Positions 1 through 9,188 of a DNA stretch of 64,000 nt are shown in pieces. The notes beneath the pieces are model-generated. The model did no database searches. It saw nothing but the letters and a program-made list of their open reading frames with translations, and was not told where the DNA came from. Within the stretch, counting starts at the first letter, position 1; each line of letters opens with the position of its first letter. The translations under genes and the position numbers were made by a program. The stretch is from Magnetococcales bacterium DCbin4 (GTDB taxonomy: Bacteria > Pseudomonadota > Magnetococcia > Magnetococcales > UBA8363), in NCBI GenBank assembly GCA_002753735.1, contig PEAN01000001.1, positions 17,040-81,039 of the forward strand, in the 5' to 3' direction.

Positions 1-557
1 TATTAAAATGGTCCAAAACCTATAATCTGATCGGTCCCTGTACCCGGGAAGTGTTGTTCAACCGACATTTTCTAGATGGTGTCCTCCTGCTGGATCAGGT
101 CGCAACGATCAAAACATTGGCCGACATCGGGTCCGGGGCAGGGTTGCCGGGGATCGTGGTGGCCCTGCTTGCGCAACACATTGAAACTATTTGTCTGATC
201 GAACCCAGAAAAAAACGGGTACGCTTTCTCAATCATGTGGTGCAATTGCTTCAACTGAACAAAGTGACGGTATTTCATGGCCTGGCCAAGGAGGCGGCAA
301 AACGGTGGAACGGCACCTTTGATACCGTGGTCAGTCGTGGCCTGGGTGACCTGATCCTTGGCGCTCGTGAAGCATGGCCACTCCTGGCGCCCGGGGGGAC
401 CCATATTGCATTCAAAGGGTCCAATTATCCCTTGGAGCAACAACAGTTCACGCATCATCAAATTTCTGCCTGCTATGATGCACCCAAAATTTTGTATGAA
501 TCGATGGAAACGGGCAATCGCATGGTGGCATTGATCAAAAAAGAGGTGTGTGCTTGA
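1..557 (+). CDS. rsmG: 16S rRNA (guanine527-N7)-methyltransferase RsmG/GidB; 5' end cut by the window edge
   Basis: ORF 51..557 stays open back to nt 3 (LKWSKTYNLIGP...). SAM-binding motif DIGSGAGLPGIV. Followed by parA-parB, as in the conserved gidB-parAB cluster. Confidence 0.9.
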   Translation, partial: LKWSKTYNLIGPCTREVLFNRHFLDGVLLLDQVATIKTLADIGSGAGLPGIVVALLAQHIETICLIEPRKKRVRFLNHVVQLLQLNKVTVFHGLAKEAAKRWNGTFDTVVSRGLGDLILGAREAWPLLAPGGTHIAFKGSNYPLEQQQFTHHQISACYDAPKILYESMETGNRMVALIKKEVCA

Positions 558-1324
558 CCAGGATATATTCGGTCATCAACCGCAAAGGGGGTGTGGGCAA
601 AACAACCTGCGCCGTCAATATTGCCGTTTGCCTTGCGGCTGCGGGTAAAAACGTGTTGCTGGTGGACATGGATCCTCAAGGCAATGCGACCACGATGCTT
701 GGCGTCCGAAAGGATTTGGGATTGGGAACGGTGTATCATCTGTTGTCGGGAACAAAAACGATTGAATCGGTGGTGATGACGATCCATCTTCCATCATTTC
801 ATTTCATCATGGCCGATACCGATCTGGTGGGGGCGGAGATCGAACTGGTCAACTGCAAGGAACGTGAACGTTTTTTACAACGGGCCATCGGTACATGTGG
901 CGCGGCGTATGATTTCATCATTTTCGATTGTCCGCCATCGTTGGGCCTGTTGACCATCAATGCCCTGGTGGCCAGTGACCGTGTGATCGTCCCGTTGCAA
1001 TGTGAATTTTTTTCCATCGAAGGTTTTATTCAAACCCGGGATACCATCTTCTGGATCAATCGACATTTTGACAAATCCATTACCATGGATGCCATCCTGT
1101 TCAACATGTTCGATGATTCCAGCGAAAAAAGAAACTTTATCCATGAATTCCAAAGCAAATTGGATGAATCTGTTGCAACCTGGACGATACACTACGACCA
1201 CCAGGTCAATATTGCACCAAGTCATTTCAAGCCAGGGGTCTGTTATAACCCCTGGGGGGTGGCGACGCGGGAATTTCAGGACATCGCGCTGCATTTGATC
1301 GAGACAAACAGGAGAACATCATGA
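548..1324 (+). CDS. parA: Chromosome-partitioning ATPase ParA/Soj
   Basis: Deviant Walker A NRKGGVGKTT and the MDPQGNAT motif. Overlaps the rsmG stop and the parB start. Confidence 0.92.
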   Translation: MCLTRIYSVINRKGGVGKTTCAVNIAVCLAAAGKNVLLVDMDPQGNATTMLGVRKDLGLGTVYHLLSGTKTIESVVMTIHLPSFHFIMADTDLVGAEIELVNCKERERFLQRAIGTCGAAYDFIIFDCPPSLGLLTINALVASDRVIVPLQCEFFSIEGFIQTRDTIFWINRHFDKSITMDAILFNMFDDSSEKRNFIHEFQSKLDESVATWTIHYDHQVNIAPSHFKPGVCYNPWGVATREFQDIALHLIETNRRTS

Positions 1325-2307
1325 CAGCATCATCAAACCGGTTGGGACGGGGTTTGAGTTCTCTGCTGGGCGAGGAGGGGATGGGGCTGGGTCGCCCGAA
1401 GGAACTGTTCACCCTTGCCATCGATCGGATCAGCCCGAATGCGCATCAACCACGCCGGTTTTTTGATGAAGATAAATTGAGGGAACTGGCCCACTCCCTG
1501 AAAGAAAAAGGGATGCTGCAACCTGTACTCGTCCGTAAACTGGCGGATGGGACTTATCAGATCATTGCGGGGGAACGTCGTTGGCGGGCGGCACGGATCG
1601 CTGGGTTGTCCGAAATCCCCGTCATCGAAAAAAATTTGGATGATGCGGAAACCCTGGAAATTTCTCTGTTGGAAAACATACAACGCGAAGACCTCAACCC
1701 GGTCGAACAGGCCAGGGCGTTTGAACGTCTGGTCACCGAATACAACTATTCCCACAAACAGATCGGTGAAGCGGTGGGAAAAAGCCGTATGGCGGTGAGC
1801 AACAGCTTGAGAATATTAAAACTTCCCCCCGTCATTCTTCAACATCTTGAACAGGGCCACATCAGTGCCGGACATGCCCGGGCCTTGCTGGCCCGGATTG
1901 AAGATGAATCATTTCTTGCAGAGACCGTTGAAAGGATCATCCGGGAAAATCTTTCGGTGCGTGAAGTTGAAAAAATGGTCGGAAAGCCCATGGAACCCAT
2001 GGAATCCGTGGAACCCGTGCCATCCCCTCCCGCGCCGCCCTCCATGACCGTATCACCCGAACCTGTGCCGGAGGAGGACGTCCCGTCGTATCCATTATCG
2101 CCTGATGAAAATTCCGATCCCCTGCCGGTCGAAACCTTGGCCGATTCCGTTCTGGTTGAATCTCAAAACCATCTCAGTCGCCGATTTGGTATTCCGGTGA
2201 CCATCCAGTGTCGCGGTCGTCAAAGACGCATTGTTTTTGAATGCGACAATGATGATACCCTGCAACAAATCATCAACCTTCTGCAACAGACCAGTCTTCC
2301 CGGATGA
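1321..2307 (+). CDS. parB: Chromosome-partitioning protein ParB/Spo0J
   Basis: LGRGLSSLL N-terminus, GERRWRAA box and an HTH region. ATGA overlap with parA. Pro-rich linker (MEPMESVEPVPSPPAPP). Confidence 0.92.
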   Translation: MTASSNRLGRGLSSLLGEEGMGLGRPKELFTLAIDRISPNAHQPRRFFDEDKLRELAHSLKEKGMLQPVLVRKLADGTYQIIAGERRWRAARIAGLSEIPVIEKNLDDAETLEISLLENIQREDLNPVEQARAFERLVTEYNYSHKQIGEAVGKSRMAVSNSLRILKLPPVILQHLEQGHISAGHARALLARIEDESFLAETVERIIRENLSVREVEKMVGKPMEPMESVEPVPSPPAPPSMTVSPEPVPEEDVPSYPLSPDENSDPLPVETLADSVLVESQNHLSRRFGIPVTIQCRGRQRRIVFECDNDDTLQQIINLLQQTSLPG

Positions 2308-2313
2308 TGTCCA

Positions 2314-3663
2314 ATGGATGAGCAGGATGCCAAACTTGAGCGACTCTTTTCCTTGAGCGTGGAAAAGTCGGTCCTCGGTTCCCTATTGTTGGATAATACC
2401 AATTTTGACACCATTACCGGGGATCTGACCCCCGATGATTTTTTTTCTCCGCTGAATCAGGAACTCTATCGGGAAATTTTTCAGGCCATCGAAAAGGAAA
2501 ATTTCGTTGATCCGGTGACATTGGTCGCCCGGATGGGACGGACAGGGGAAGCGGAAAAGGAATTGAAACTCTATATCCTCAGCCTCATCGAATCGGCCCC
2601 CTCTTCGTACAATGTTCGGTCATATATCAAAATTCTTAAAGAAAAGAGGATTTTGCGCTATCTGACCGATGAACTTAAAGACATCAACGAAAAAATATTC
2701 GCCGGAAAAGTCGATATCGATGAATTTCTCGATGAAATCGAGGCGCGTATTCTCAATGTTGGCGATCATTTTAAATCAAGGCAATCCAGCTATGCCACCA
2801 TGAAGTCGGTGCTCATGCCGTTCATCGCCAAGGTGGAAAAGTTGATGTCGGAAAAAAAAGGGGTGACCGGAGTCTCCACGGGATTCACCCGATTGGATCA
2901 CATGTTGTCCGGGATGCAACCCTCCGATCTGCTCATCCTGGCGGGACGCCCGTCCATGGGAAAGACCGCTTTTGCCATCAACATTGCAGTCAATGCCGCC
3001 ATGTCCGGAGATTGTCCCGTGGGTATTTTTTCCCTGGAAATGTCCCGGGAACAGATTGTTTCCAGGATGATCTCCTCCATCGGTCGCATCGATGCCCATA
3101 ATTTGCGTTCAGGCATGATCAAGGATGAAGAATATGAAAAATTGACTTCGACCGCAGATCTGCTATCCAAAACCAGCATCTACATCGACGATACGCCCGC
3201 ACTTTCCATCCATGCCCTGTTGGCGCGGGCGCGTCGTTTAAAGAAGGAACGCAATATCCAATTGATTGTCCTCGATTATCTGCAACTGATGCGGGGGGAG
3301 GAGGGGATGGAAAACCGGGTGCAGGAAATCACCAATATCTCCCAGGGGTTGAAAAGAATTGCCAAGGAGATCAATATTCCCGTGCTGGCTTTATCGCAAT
3401 TGTCACGCAAAGTCGAAGAACGCCCCGATAAACGACCCATTCTTTCCGATTTGCGCGAATCAGGCTCCATCGAACAGGATGCCGATGTGGTCATGTTCAT
3501 CCATCGCGAGGAATACTACAAAAAGGATGATGTCAATCTGCAAGGATTGGGCGAAGTGATCATCGCCAAACACAGAAATGGTCCGGTAGGAAGCGTCAAG
3601 TTGGCTTTTATCAATAAATTTACCCGTTTTGACAATCTGGAAGACAGGGAATTCAATCTATGA
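2314..3663 (+). CDS. dnaB: Replicative DNA helicase DnaB
   Basis: 449 aa. N-terminal SVEKSVLGSLLLD, Walker A GRPSMGKTAF, and the SQLSR / RESGSIEQDADV motifs. Confidence 0.95.
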   Translation: MDEQDAKLERLFSLSVEKSVLGSLLLDNTNFDTITGDLTPDDFFSPLNQELYREIFQAIEKENFVDPVTLVARMGRTGEAEKELKLYILSLIESAPSSYNVRSYIKILKEKRILRYLTDELKDINEKIFAGKVDIDEFLDEIEARILNVGDHFKSRQSSYATMKSVLMPFIAKVEKLMSEKKGVTGVSTGFTRLDHMLSGMQPSDLLILAGRPSMGKTAFAINIAVNAAMSGDCPVGIFSLEMSREQIVSRMISSIGRIDAHNLRSGMIKDEEYEKLTSTADLLSKTSIYIDDTPALSIHALLARARRLKKERNIQLIVLDYLQLMRGEEGMENRVQEITNISQGLKRIAKEINIPVLALSQLSRKVEERPDKRPILSDLRESGSIEQDADVVMFIHREEYYKKDDVNLQGLGEVIIAKHRNGPVGSVKLAFINKFTRFDNLEDREFNL

Positions 3664-4736
3664 AAAATTTTCGCAAAACCTGTCTGAGGATCGATCTTGA
3701 TGCCATCGTACAAAATTATCAGACCCTCAAAAGAAGAGTGGGAGATGATGTCCGCATGGCGCCTGTCTTGAAGGCAGATGCCTATGGCCTGGGGATCAAA
3801 AAAATCGTCAAGGTCCTGCCAGGATTGCACACCGTCTGCGTCGCCACGATTGAGGAAGGGATTGCGCTGCGTCGGCTGAACTCTGAATTGGAAATCATCA
3901 TCCTTTCCGGTTTGTCGCATAAGGCATTCAAGGTGATTGAAGAACACGGATTGACGCCGGTGGTGTTCGAACCCACGATCATTCCCCATTTGTTGCAATG
4001 GAAGGGTAAACTCAACATTTATCTCAAGATTGATACCGGCATGAACCGTCTGGGGATCAATCGGCGACGGAAAAAGATTGTGCGGCAATTGCGCGATGCA
4101 AAAAATATCCGGCTCATGGGAATCTTCAGCCATTTCAGTTCCGCCAATGACGAAGATGAACTGGAAATGGAGCAACAATTGCGTCGAATCAAAACGTTGG
4201 CCGAATGCCACGAAATATCGATGGCCAACAGTGCTGCGACCATGATTTTCTCAGAGAGCCATTGTGCCATGGTCCGTCCCGGATTGGCTCTGTTCGGGGT
4301 TTCGCCGTTCCAGGAACAGGACAAGGATTTGATCCCTGCGCTGCGTCTTTCCAGTCGCATCATCCACATTAAAAAAATCAAAAAAAATGAGTCAGTTGGT
4401 TATTCCCGCACCTTCCGCAGCGAGGGGGCGATGCGTATTGCTGTCGTGGCCATGGGTTATGCCGATGGTCTGAGTACGCGCATGTCCAACCGGGGCTATT
4501 TTTTGATCAAGGGACAACGTGCCCCCATTGTTGGACGTGTCAGCATGGACATGACCACGGTCGATGTCACTTCGATTGAAGATGTGGCGGTGGGGGACCG
4601 GGTGATCATCATCGGTCGCAGTGGCGATGAGGAAATCCTGGCGGAAGATGTGGCCTGTTGGAGTGAAAAAAGCAATTATGAAATTTTGTGCAATTTGGGA
4701 AATCGGGTCAAGCGGACCTATTTGACCAGTCAGTGA
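3660..4736 (+). CDS. alr: Alanine racemase
   Basis: PLP-lysine region APVLKADAYGLG and C-terminal YEILCNLGNRVKR. 4-nt ATGA overlap with dnaB. Confidence 0.9.
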   Translation: MKNFRKTCLRIDLDAIVQNYQTLKRRVGDDVRMAPVLKADAYGLGIKKIVKVLPGLHTVCVATIEEGIALRRLNSELEIIILSGLSHKAFKVIEEHGLTPVVFEPTIIPHLLQWKGKLNIYLKIDTGMNRLGINRRRKKIVRQLRDAKNIRLMGIFSHFSSANDEDELEMEQQLRRIKTLAECHEISMANSAATMIFSESHCAMVRPGLALFGVSPFQEQDKDLIPALRLSSRIIHIKKIKKNESVGYSRTFRSEGAMRIAVVAMGYADGLSTRMSNRGYFLIKGQRAPIVGRVSMDMTTVDVTSIEDVAVGDRVIIIGRSGDEEILAEDVACWSEKSNYEILCNLGNRVKRTYLTSQ

Positions 4737-4746
4737 ATGAATTCAT

Positions 4747-4902
4747 ATGATTCAAAACATGTTTTCAGTCGAATGGCGGAAAAAAGTCAAACAGGCCATC
4801 TTGCATGCCATCCCCATGATCATTGGAATTTCGGTGATTGGGGGTTTGATCTATGCCGTGATCTATATGTTTAGATTGTGGGTTACGCTGACGCATTTGT
4901 AA
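4747..4902 (+). CDS. Hypothetical 51-aa single-pass membrane peptide (below the ORF-track cutoff)
   Basis: ATG 4747 to TAA 4900-4902. MIQNMFSVEWRKKVKQAILHAIPMIIGISVIGGLIYAVIYMFRLWVTLTHL has one clear hydrophobic helix. Lies 10 nt after alr and before the terminator at 5012-5054. Confidence 0.3.
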   Translation: MIQNMFSVEWRKKVKQAILHAIPMIIGISVIGGLIYAVIYMFRLWVTLTHL

Positions 4903-5011
4903 TTCCATTTCTAAACCGCACCCAGTTTGGGATACGTAAATTTATTGAATATCAATACGCCTGAGAAAATCTGCCACTCAAAAATGTCTTTTTGATATGG
5001 AAATGGAGTAA

Positions 5012-5054
5012 GAAAAAAACAGGTCCCGGGGCTATTCCCCAGACCTGTTTTTTC
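5012..5054. terminator. Bidirectional intrinsic terminator between the alr operon (+) and yidC (-)
   Basis: A7-ACAGGTCCCGGGG-ctatt-CCCCAGACCTGT-T6. Hairpin flanked by an A-run and a T-run. The architecture resembles the MITE-like family termini. Confidence 0.7.
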
Positions 5055-5061
5055 TTGATGA

Positions 5062-6711
5062 TTATGATGATTTTTTGACGATATAGCTTTGCTGGATGAT
5101 CGAAAGGACATTGTTGACCAGCCAATACAGGACCAGCCCCGAAGGAAATGTCAGGAACAGGAAGGTGAAGATCACAGGCAGAAACGACATGATTTTCGCC
5201 TGAATCGGATCGGCAGGGGTTGGATTGAGCCTTGATTGTAAATACATCGAGATGCCCATCAACACAGGCAATACGTAAAAGGGATCCTGTGCCGACAAAT
5301 CCTGAATCCAAAGGAAAAACGGGGCGTGGCGCATCTCCACCGACAAAAACAATACCTTGTACAGGGCAAAAAAGACCGGAATCTGTACCACGATGGGGAG
5401 ACATCCCCCCAACGGGTTCACTTTGTTGTCCTGATACAGCTTCATCATCTCCTGGTTCATGCGCGCCTTGTCGTCGGAAAACCGCTTGCGCAACTCTTCC
5501 ACCTTGGGTTGCAACTTTTTCATTTCGTTCATGGAACGATAGCTTTTGTTGGCCAAGGGAAAGAAAATGGCCTTGATCATCACGGTCAACATAATGATCG
5601 CCAAGCCAAAATTGTGCAAAAACGCATTGAAGATCAGCAGCAGTTCAACCAGGGGAACCGCCAAAAAGTGAAACCAGCCATAGTCGATGGAACGTTCCAG
5701 ATCATGTCCGACCCGCTCCAGGGTGTTGATCTCCTTGGGACCGATATAGAGCAGCAGCGTGCGGGAAAACTGACTCTTGGGGGCAATCGTCTGTTTTTCT
5801 GAAACGTTGCCGACCCTGAACGATGGATTGTCAAAGTCGAAATAAAAACGTTTTTTGCTGGCATCGGTCGTGATGAAGGCTGCCAGAAAATATTTGTCGG
5901 AAAATCCCGCCCATCCCGTGACTGCCGATTCGTGCAGGTCATTTTTGCGCACATCTTCGTAGGAATGTTGAATCCGTGCCCCATCCAAAAATCCCATGGG
6001 TCCCTGGAAATCAGCAACCGCCATGGCATTGCTGTCGATGACCGGTTCGACACGGATGAAATGGGAAAAATGATGGACTCCGACCGGGTTGTCGGTGGTG
6101 TTGACGATGCGGTCCTCGACGGTGAACAGATAGGTTTTTTCATCAATGGAAATCAATTTTTCAAACAACAATCCCTGACCATTGTCCCAAAACAGACGCA
6201 TGGAATGGGGTGGGGCGGAGGCATCGGGTTTGGCCAGGTTCCAAACGGTATTGCGGTCGGGCGTTTGAATCTGGGCCCCTAAAAATCCCGATTCGTTGAA
6301 GAAAAAATCGCGTCCATGGCGGTTGAAAAACTGGATGGGTTGCCCTTCGGGAGGCAAATGGGTCAAATGTTTCAAAAATCTCAGGTCGGAAAAAGAAGCC
6401 CCCTTGAGAGAAATCTTCCCTTCGACCAAATCGGTCTTGAATGGGGCGAAAGGTTCATTGGCATTGTCCTGCTGGCCGGGCATCGCTTCGGGCAGCACCG
6501 GTTGCGATTCCATCACGGGGACGGACGTTCCCGCCGCGGGGGAGGACTGTTTTTCCGGCAACGTTTCCTGACCGGACGCCGATGGTTTTTGTTCCACCGG
6601 AGTCGCAGAGATGGCTGTTTCGTCGGGAGGGAAATAAATTTCCATGACCGATTGGTAGGCAACCACCAAGAACAAGGAAAGTATGATGGCCAGGAGGGTT
6701 CTCTGGTCCAT
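5062..6711 (-). CDS. yidC: Membrane protein insertase YidC
   Basis: 549 aa. N-terminal TM, large periplasmic domain, and the conserved C-terminal core (LPIVVQIPVFFALY, GLVLYWLVNNVLSIIQQ). Confidence 0.95.
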   Translation of the reverse strand: MDQRTLLAIILSLFLVVAYQSVMEIYFPPDETAISATPVEQKPSASGQETLPEKQSSPAAGTSVPVMESQPVLPEAMPGQQDNANEPFAPFKTDLVEGKISLKGASFSDLRFLKHLTHLPPEGQPIQFFNRHGRDFFFNESGFLGAQIQTPDRNTVWNLAKPDASAPPHSMRLFWDNGQGLLFEKLISIDEKTYLFTVEDRIVNTTDNPVGVHHFSHFIRVEPVIDSNAMAVADFQGPMGFLDGARIQHSYEDVRKNDLHESAVTGWAGFSDKYFLAAFITTDASKKRFYFDFDNPSFRVGNVSEKQTIAPKSQFSRTLLLYIGPKEINTLERVGHDLERSIDYGWFHFLAVPLVELLLIFNAFLHNFGLAIIMLTVMIKAIFFPLANKSYRSMNEMKKLQPKVEELRKRFSDDKARMNQEMMKLYQDNKVNPLGGCLPIVVQIPVFFALYKVLFLSVEMRHAPFFLWIQDLSAQDPFYVLPVLMGISMYLQSRLNPTPADPIQAKIMSFLPVIFTFLFLTFPSGLVLYWLVNNVLSIIQQSYIVKKSS

Positions 6712-6735
6712 GAGGCAACCTGCGCTAAAAAAGGG

Positions 6736-6981
6736 TTAGGGTACGGGATCCAGTCCACCAGGATGGAACGGATGGCAACGAAAAATTCTTTTCAAGGATA
6801 GCCAACCACCACGCAAAACACCATACCTGGAGATGGACACCAGGGCATATTCGGAACAGGTGGGCAAAAAGCGACATGATGGGGGCAACATGGGAGACAG
6901 GAACAGCTGGTACAGTCGGATCAGGCCAATCAAAAGAATTTTCAAGGAAATTCCTGTCAATGTTGGTTGATTCCGGATCAA
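6736..6981 (-). CDS. yidD: Membrane protein insertion efficiency factor YidD
   Basis: [23 protein letters not shown] ... [14 protein letters not shown]. Confidence 0.9.
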   Translation of the reverse strand: MIRNQPTLTGISLKILLIGLIRLYQLFLSPMLPPSCRFLPTCSEYALVSISRYGVLRGGWLSLKRIFRCHPFHPGGLDPVP

Positions 6982-7385
6982 CGGTCCATCCTGGCCCGGG
7001 TCGCCCGGTTCAAGAGACCCTCAAGGGTGCGATCAAATTCATCATGCGCAACCCGGTTGGCCTGGACACGGGCGATCACAACAATGTCCAGATGATCGGA
7101 AACCTTGTGGGTCCAATGCCGAAAATACTCCCGCAGCCACCGTTTGATGCGGTTTCTGGTCACCGCCGGTCCCACCTTTTTGCTGACGGTAACACCAAGT
7201 CTGGAATGATCCAGACCGTTGTTCCGAAGGAAAACCAAAAACAGCGGGGAATGATATTTCTTCCCCCGGTCGGTGATCTGCTTGAACTCGCGACTTTTGA
7301 GCAGTCTGGCCGATTTGGGGAAGGCAAAGGGTCCGGTATTCGCGGCAGGATTGGCGACGGCATTCTGGGTCGGGGGTGCGATCAC
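6978..7385 (-). CDS. rnpA: Ribonuclease P protein component
   Basis: C-terminal part of ORF 6978..7742: [13 protein letters not shown]...[10 protein letters not shown]. There is no ATG. Best start is the GTG at 7385-7383, 53 nt after rpmH. The start is uncertain. Confidence 0.8.
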   Translation of the reverse strand: MIAPPTQNAVANPAANTGPFAFPKSARLLKSREFKQITDRGKKYHSPLFLVFLRNNGLDHSRLGVTVSKKVGPAVTRNRIKRWLREYFRHWTHKVSDHLDIVVIARVQANRVAHDEFDRTLEGLLNRATRARMDR

Positions 7386-7438
7386 AAGATCACGGGCCGA
7401 TGGTGAGAACAGGCCACGAGCCGGACATTGCCATCCAA

Positions 7439-7576
7439 TCAGGAGTTCACAAGGGTTTTGCGTCCTTTGCAACGTCTGCGGCTCAGGACCTGGCGTCCGG
7501 AACGGGTGGACATTTTTTTGCGAAAACCATGTGTTTTCTTGCGGCGAACGATGCTGGGTTGAAAGGTTCTCTTCAT
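7439..7576 (-). CDS. rpmH: 50S ribosomal protein L34
   Basis: [45 protein letters not shown] (45 aa), at the end of the artefactual ORF 7439..8518. Confidence 0.95.
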   Translation of the reverse strand: MKRTFQPSIVRRKKTHGFRKKMSTRSGRQVLSRRRCKGRKTLVNS

Positions 7577-7786
7577 TTTTTTGCCTGAGGATGGAGAAAT
7601 GAATTGAAAATAGCCCACCAACATAAAAAAAAACAGCCCACGGGTCAAGAGTATTGACGGGTTTCGGTGAAAAAAAAGAGGGTTGTGTTTTGTGAGGGCT
7701 TGAATGATGGATGGAGGTGGAACATCGAAAAATGGTGTACAAGTAACCATGGGGACCGGGTGGCCGTTGTCGGGTGGAGTGTGTGC

Positions 7787-8989
7787 ATGGACATGTATCA
7801 GTGGGAAGCCAAGACCAAGACGGGTGAGAAAAAAAGCGGGGAGATGGAATCGGAGGATTCGGGGGAGGTTGCTGCCGTTTTGCGAAAACGGGGGCTGACC
7901 GCCATCAAGGTCAAAAAGGTGGTGCAGAAAAAGCCCCTTTTTGGTGAACCCAAGATTACCGACATGGAAGTGGTCGTATTTACCCGGCAATTGGCGACCA
8001 TGGTGGGGGCGGGGCTTCCTTTGGTCACCTGCTTTGATCTTTCTTCGCGTGGCGCCGAAAATCCCCAGGTTCGAGAGATCACCTCCCGGGTGAAAAAGGA
8101 TATCGAAGCGGGAACTTCGTTGACCGAGGCCCTGCTCAAGGAACCCAAAATGTTTGATGAACTGTTCGTCAATCTGGTGTCGGCAGGGGAGCAGTCGGGT
8201 ATTCTGGAAGCGGTGTTGGAGCGGCTTTCGATCTACAAGGAAAAAGCGGCTGCACTCAGGGCCAAGGTCAAGTCGGCCATGACCTATCCCATCGCGGTGA
8301 TTTCGATTGCCTTCATCATTACCGGCGTTTTGATGATTTTCGTCGTTCCAACCTTTGGCGAACTGTTCAAGGATTTTGGTGCGGAACTTCCCGCTCCGAC
8401 CCGGGTGGTCATTGCCCTTTCCGAATGGACCCAGACCAACTGGTGGATCGTTGTGTTTGGCATTGGGGGTTCCATTCGCGCTTTTTCTTATTTTTATAAA
8501 AATAATAAAAGATTCCACTATTTGGCCGATAAAATGTCACTTAACCTTCCGGTGTTTGGCATGATTTTGCGTAAATCGGCCATTGCCCGGTTTGCCAGAA
8601 CCTTTGGCACCATGATTGCCGCAGGCACCCCCATCCTGGAAAGTCTCGACAATGTGGCCAAGACTGCGGGTAACATGGTGGTGGAGGAGGTCATTTCCCT
8701 GTCGAAAAATTCCATTTCCCAGGGGCTTTCCTTGACTGAGCCGTTGAGTGAGAGTGATATTTTCCCCCCCATGGTGATTCAGATGATCAATATTGGTGAA
8801 TCGACGGGTAATTTGGAGATCATGTTGAGTAAGATCGCCGATTTTTATGAAGCGGAGGTGGATCGGGCGGTTGATAATCTGACGGCGTTGTTGGAACCGA
8901 TGATCCTGGTGATTCTTGGGGTATTGATCGGTGGCTTGGTGGTTGCCATGTACATGCCGATTTTTCAGATGGGTGCCGTGGTGGGTTGA
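7787..8989 (+). CDS. pilC: Type IV pilus assembly / type II secretion platform protein (PilC/GspF family)
   Basis: Two GspF-type repeats ([15 protein letters not shown]... and [15 protein letters not shown]...) and three TM segments. Start moved to the ATG at 7787 (MDMYQWEAK), preceded by GGTGGAG. Confidence 0.85.
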   Translation: MDMYQWEAKTKTGEKKSGEMESEDSGEVAAVLRKRGLTAIKVKKVVQKKPLFGEPKITDMEVVVFTRQLATMVGAGLPLVTCFDLSSRGAENPQVREITSRVKKDIEAGTSLTEALLKEPKMFDELFVNLVSAGEQSGILEAVLERLSIYKEKAAALRAKVKSAMTYPIAVISIAFIITGVLMIFVVPTFGELFKDFGAELPAPTRVVIALSEWTQTNWWIVVFGIGGSIRAFSYFYKNNKRFHYLADKMSLNLPVFGMILRKSAIARFARTFGTMIAAGTPILESLDNVAKTAGNMVVEEVISLSKNSISQGLSLTEPLSESDIFPPMVIQMINIGESTGNLEIMLSKIADFYEAEVDRAVDNLTALLEPMILVILGVLIGGLVVAMYMPIFQMGAVVG

Positions 8990-9000
8990 ACAAATCATTG

Positions 9001-9168
9001 AAAAAAAAGGGGTCTCAAGGGACTGCCCCCAGGGTTTTGACTTTGGTTTTTAATTTGATTCAGATCAAAAAGAAAAACCTTGGGGGACTTTGTCCCCCAA
9101 ACCCCCTGTGGGGGATGGAAAACCAAAATCAAAACCCTGGGGGCAATCCCTTGAGACCCCTTTTTTTT
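9001..9168. mobile_element. MITE-like inverted-repeat element, copy A (168 bp)
   Basis: A8-GGGGTCTCAAGGGACTGCCCCCAGGGTTTTGACTTTGGTTTT ... AAAACCAAAATCAAAACCCTGGGGGCAATCCCTTGAGACCCC-T8, giving roughly 50-bp terminal inverted repeats. No plausible ORF. Confidence 0.65.
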
Positions 9169-9188
9169 CTTAATAATAGGGAAGGGAC

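Noticed and set aside
1-9000. A replication origin (DnaA-box cluster) or parS site near the rsmG-parAB and rpmH-rnpA-yidC blocks.
   Set aside because: There is no dnaA gene and no cluster of TTATCCACA-like boxes. The isolated near-matches TTATCCACG at about 39419 and TTATCCACC at about 41295 are single sites elsewhere. I found no TGTTTCACGTGAAACA-like palindrome by eye.
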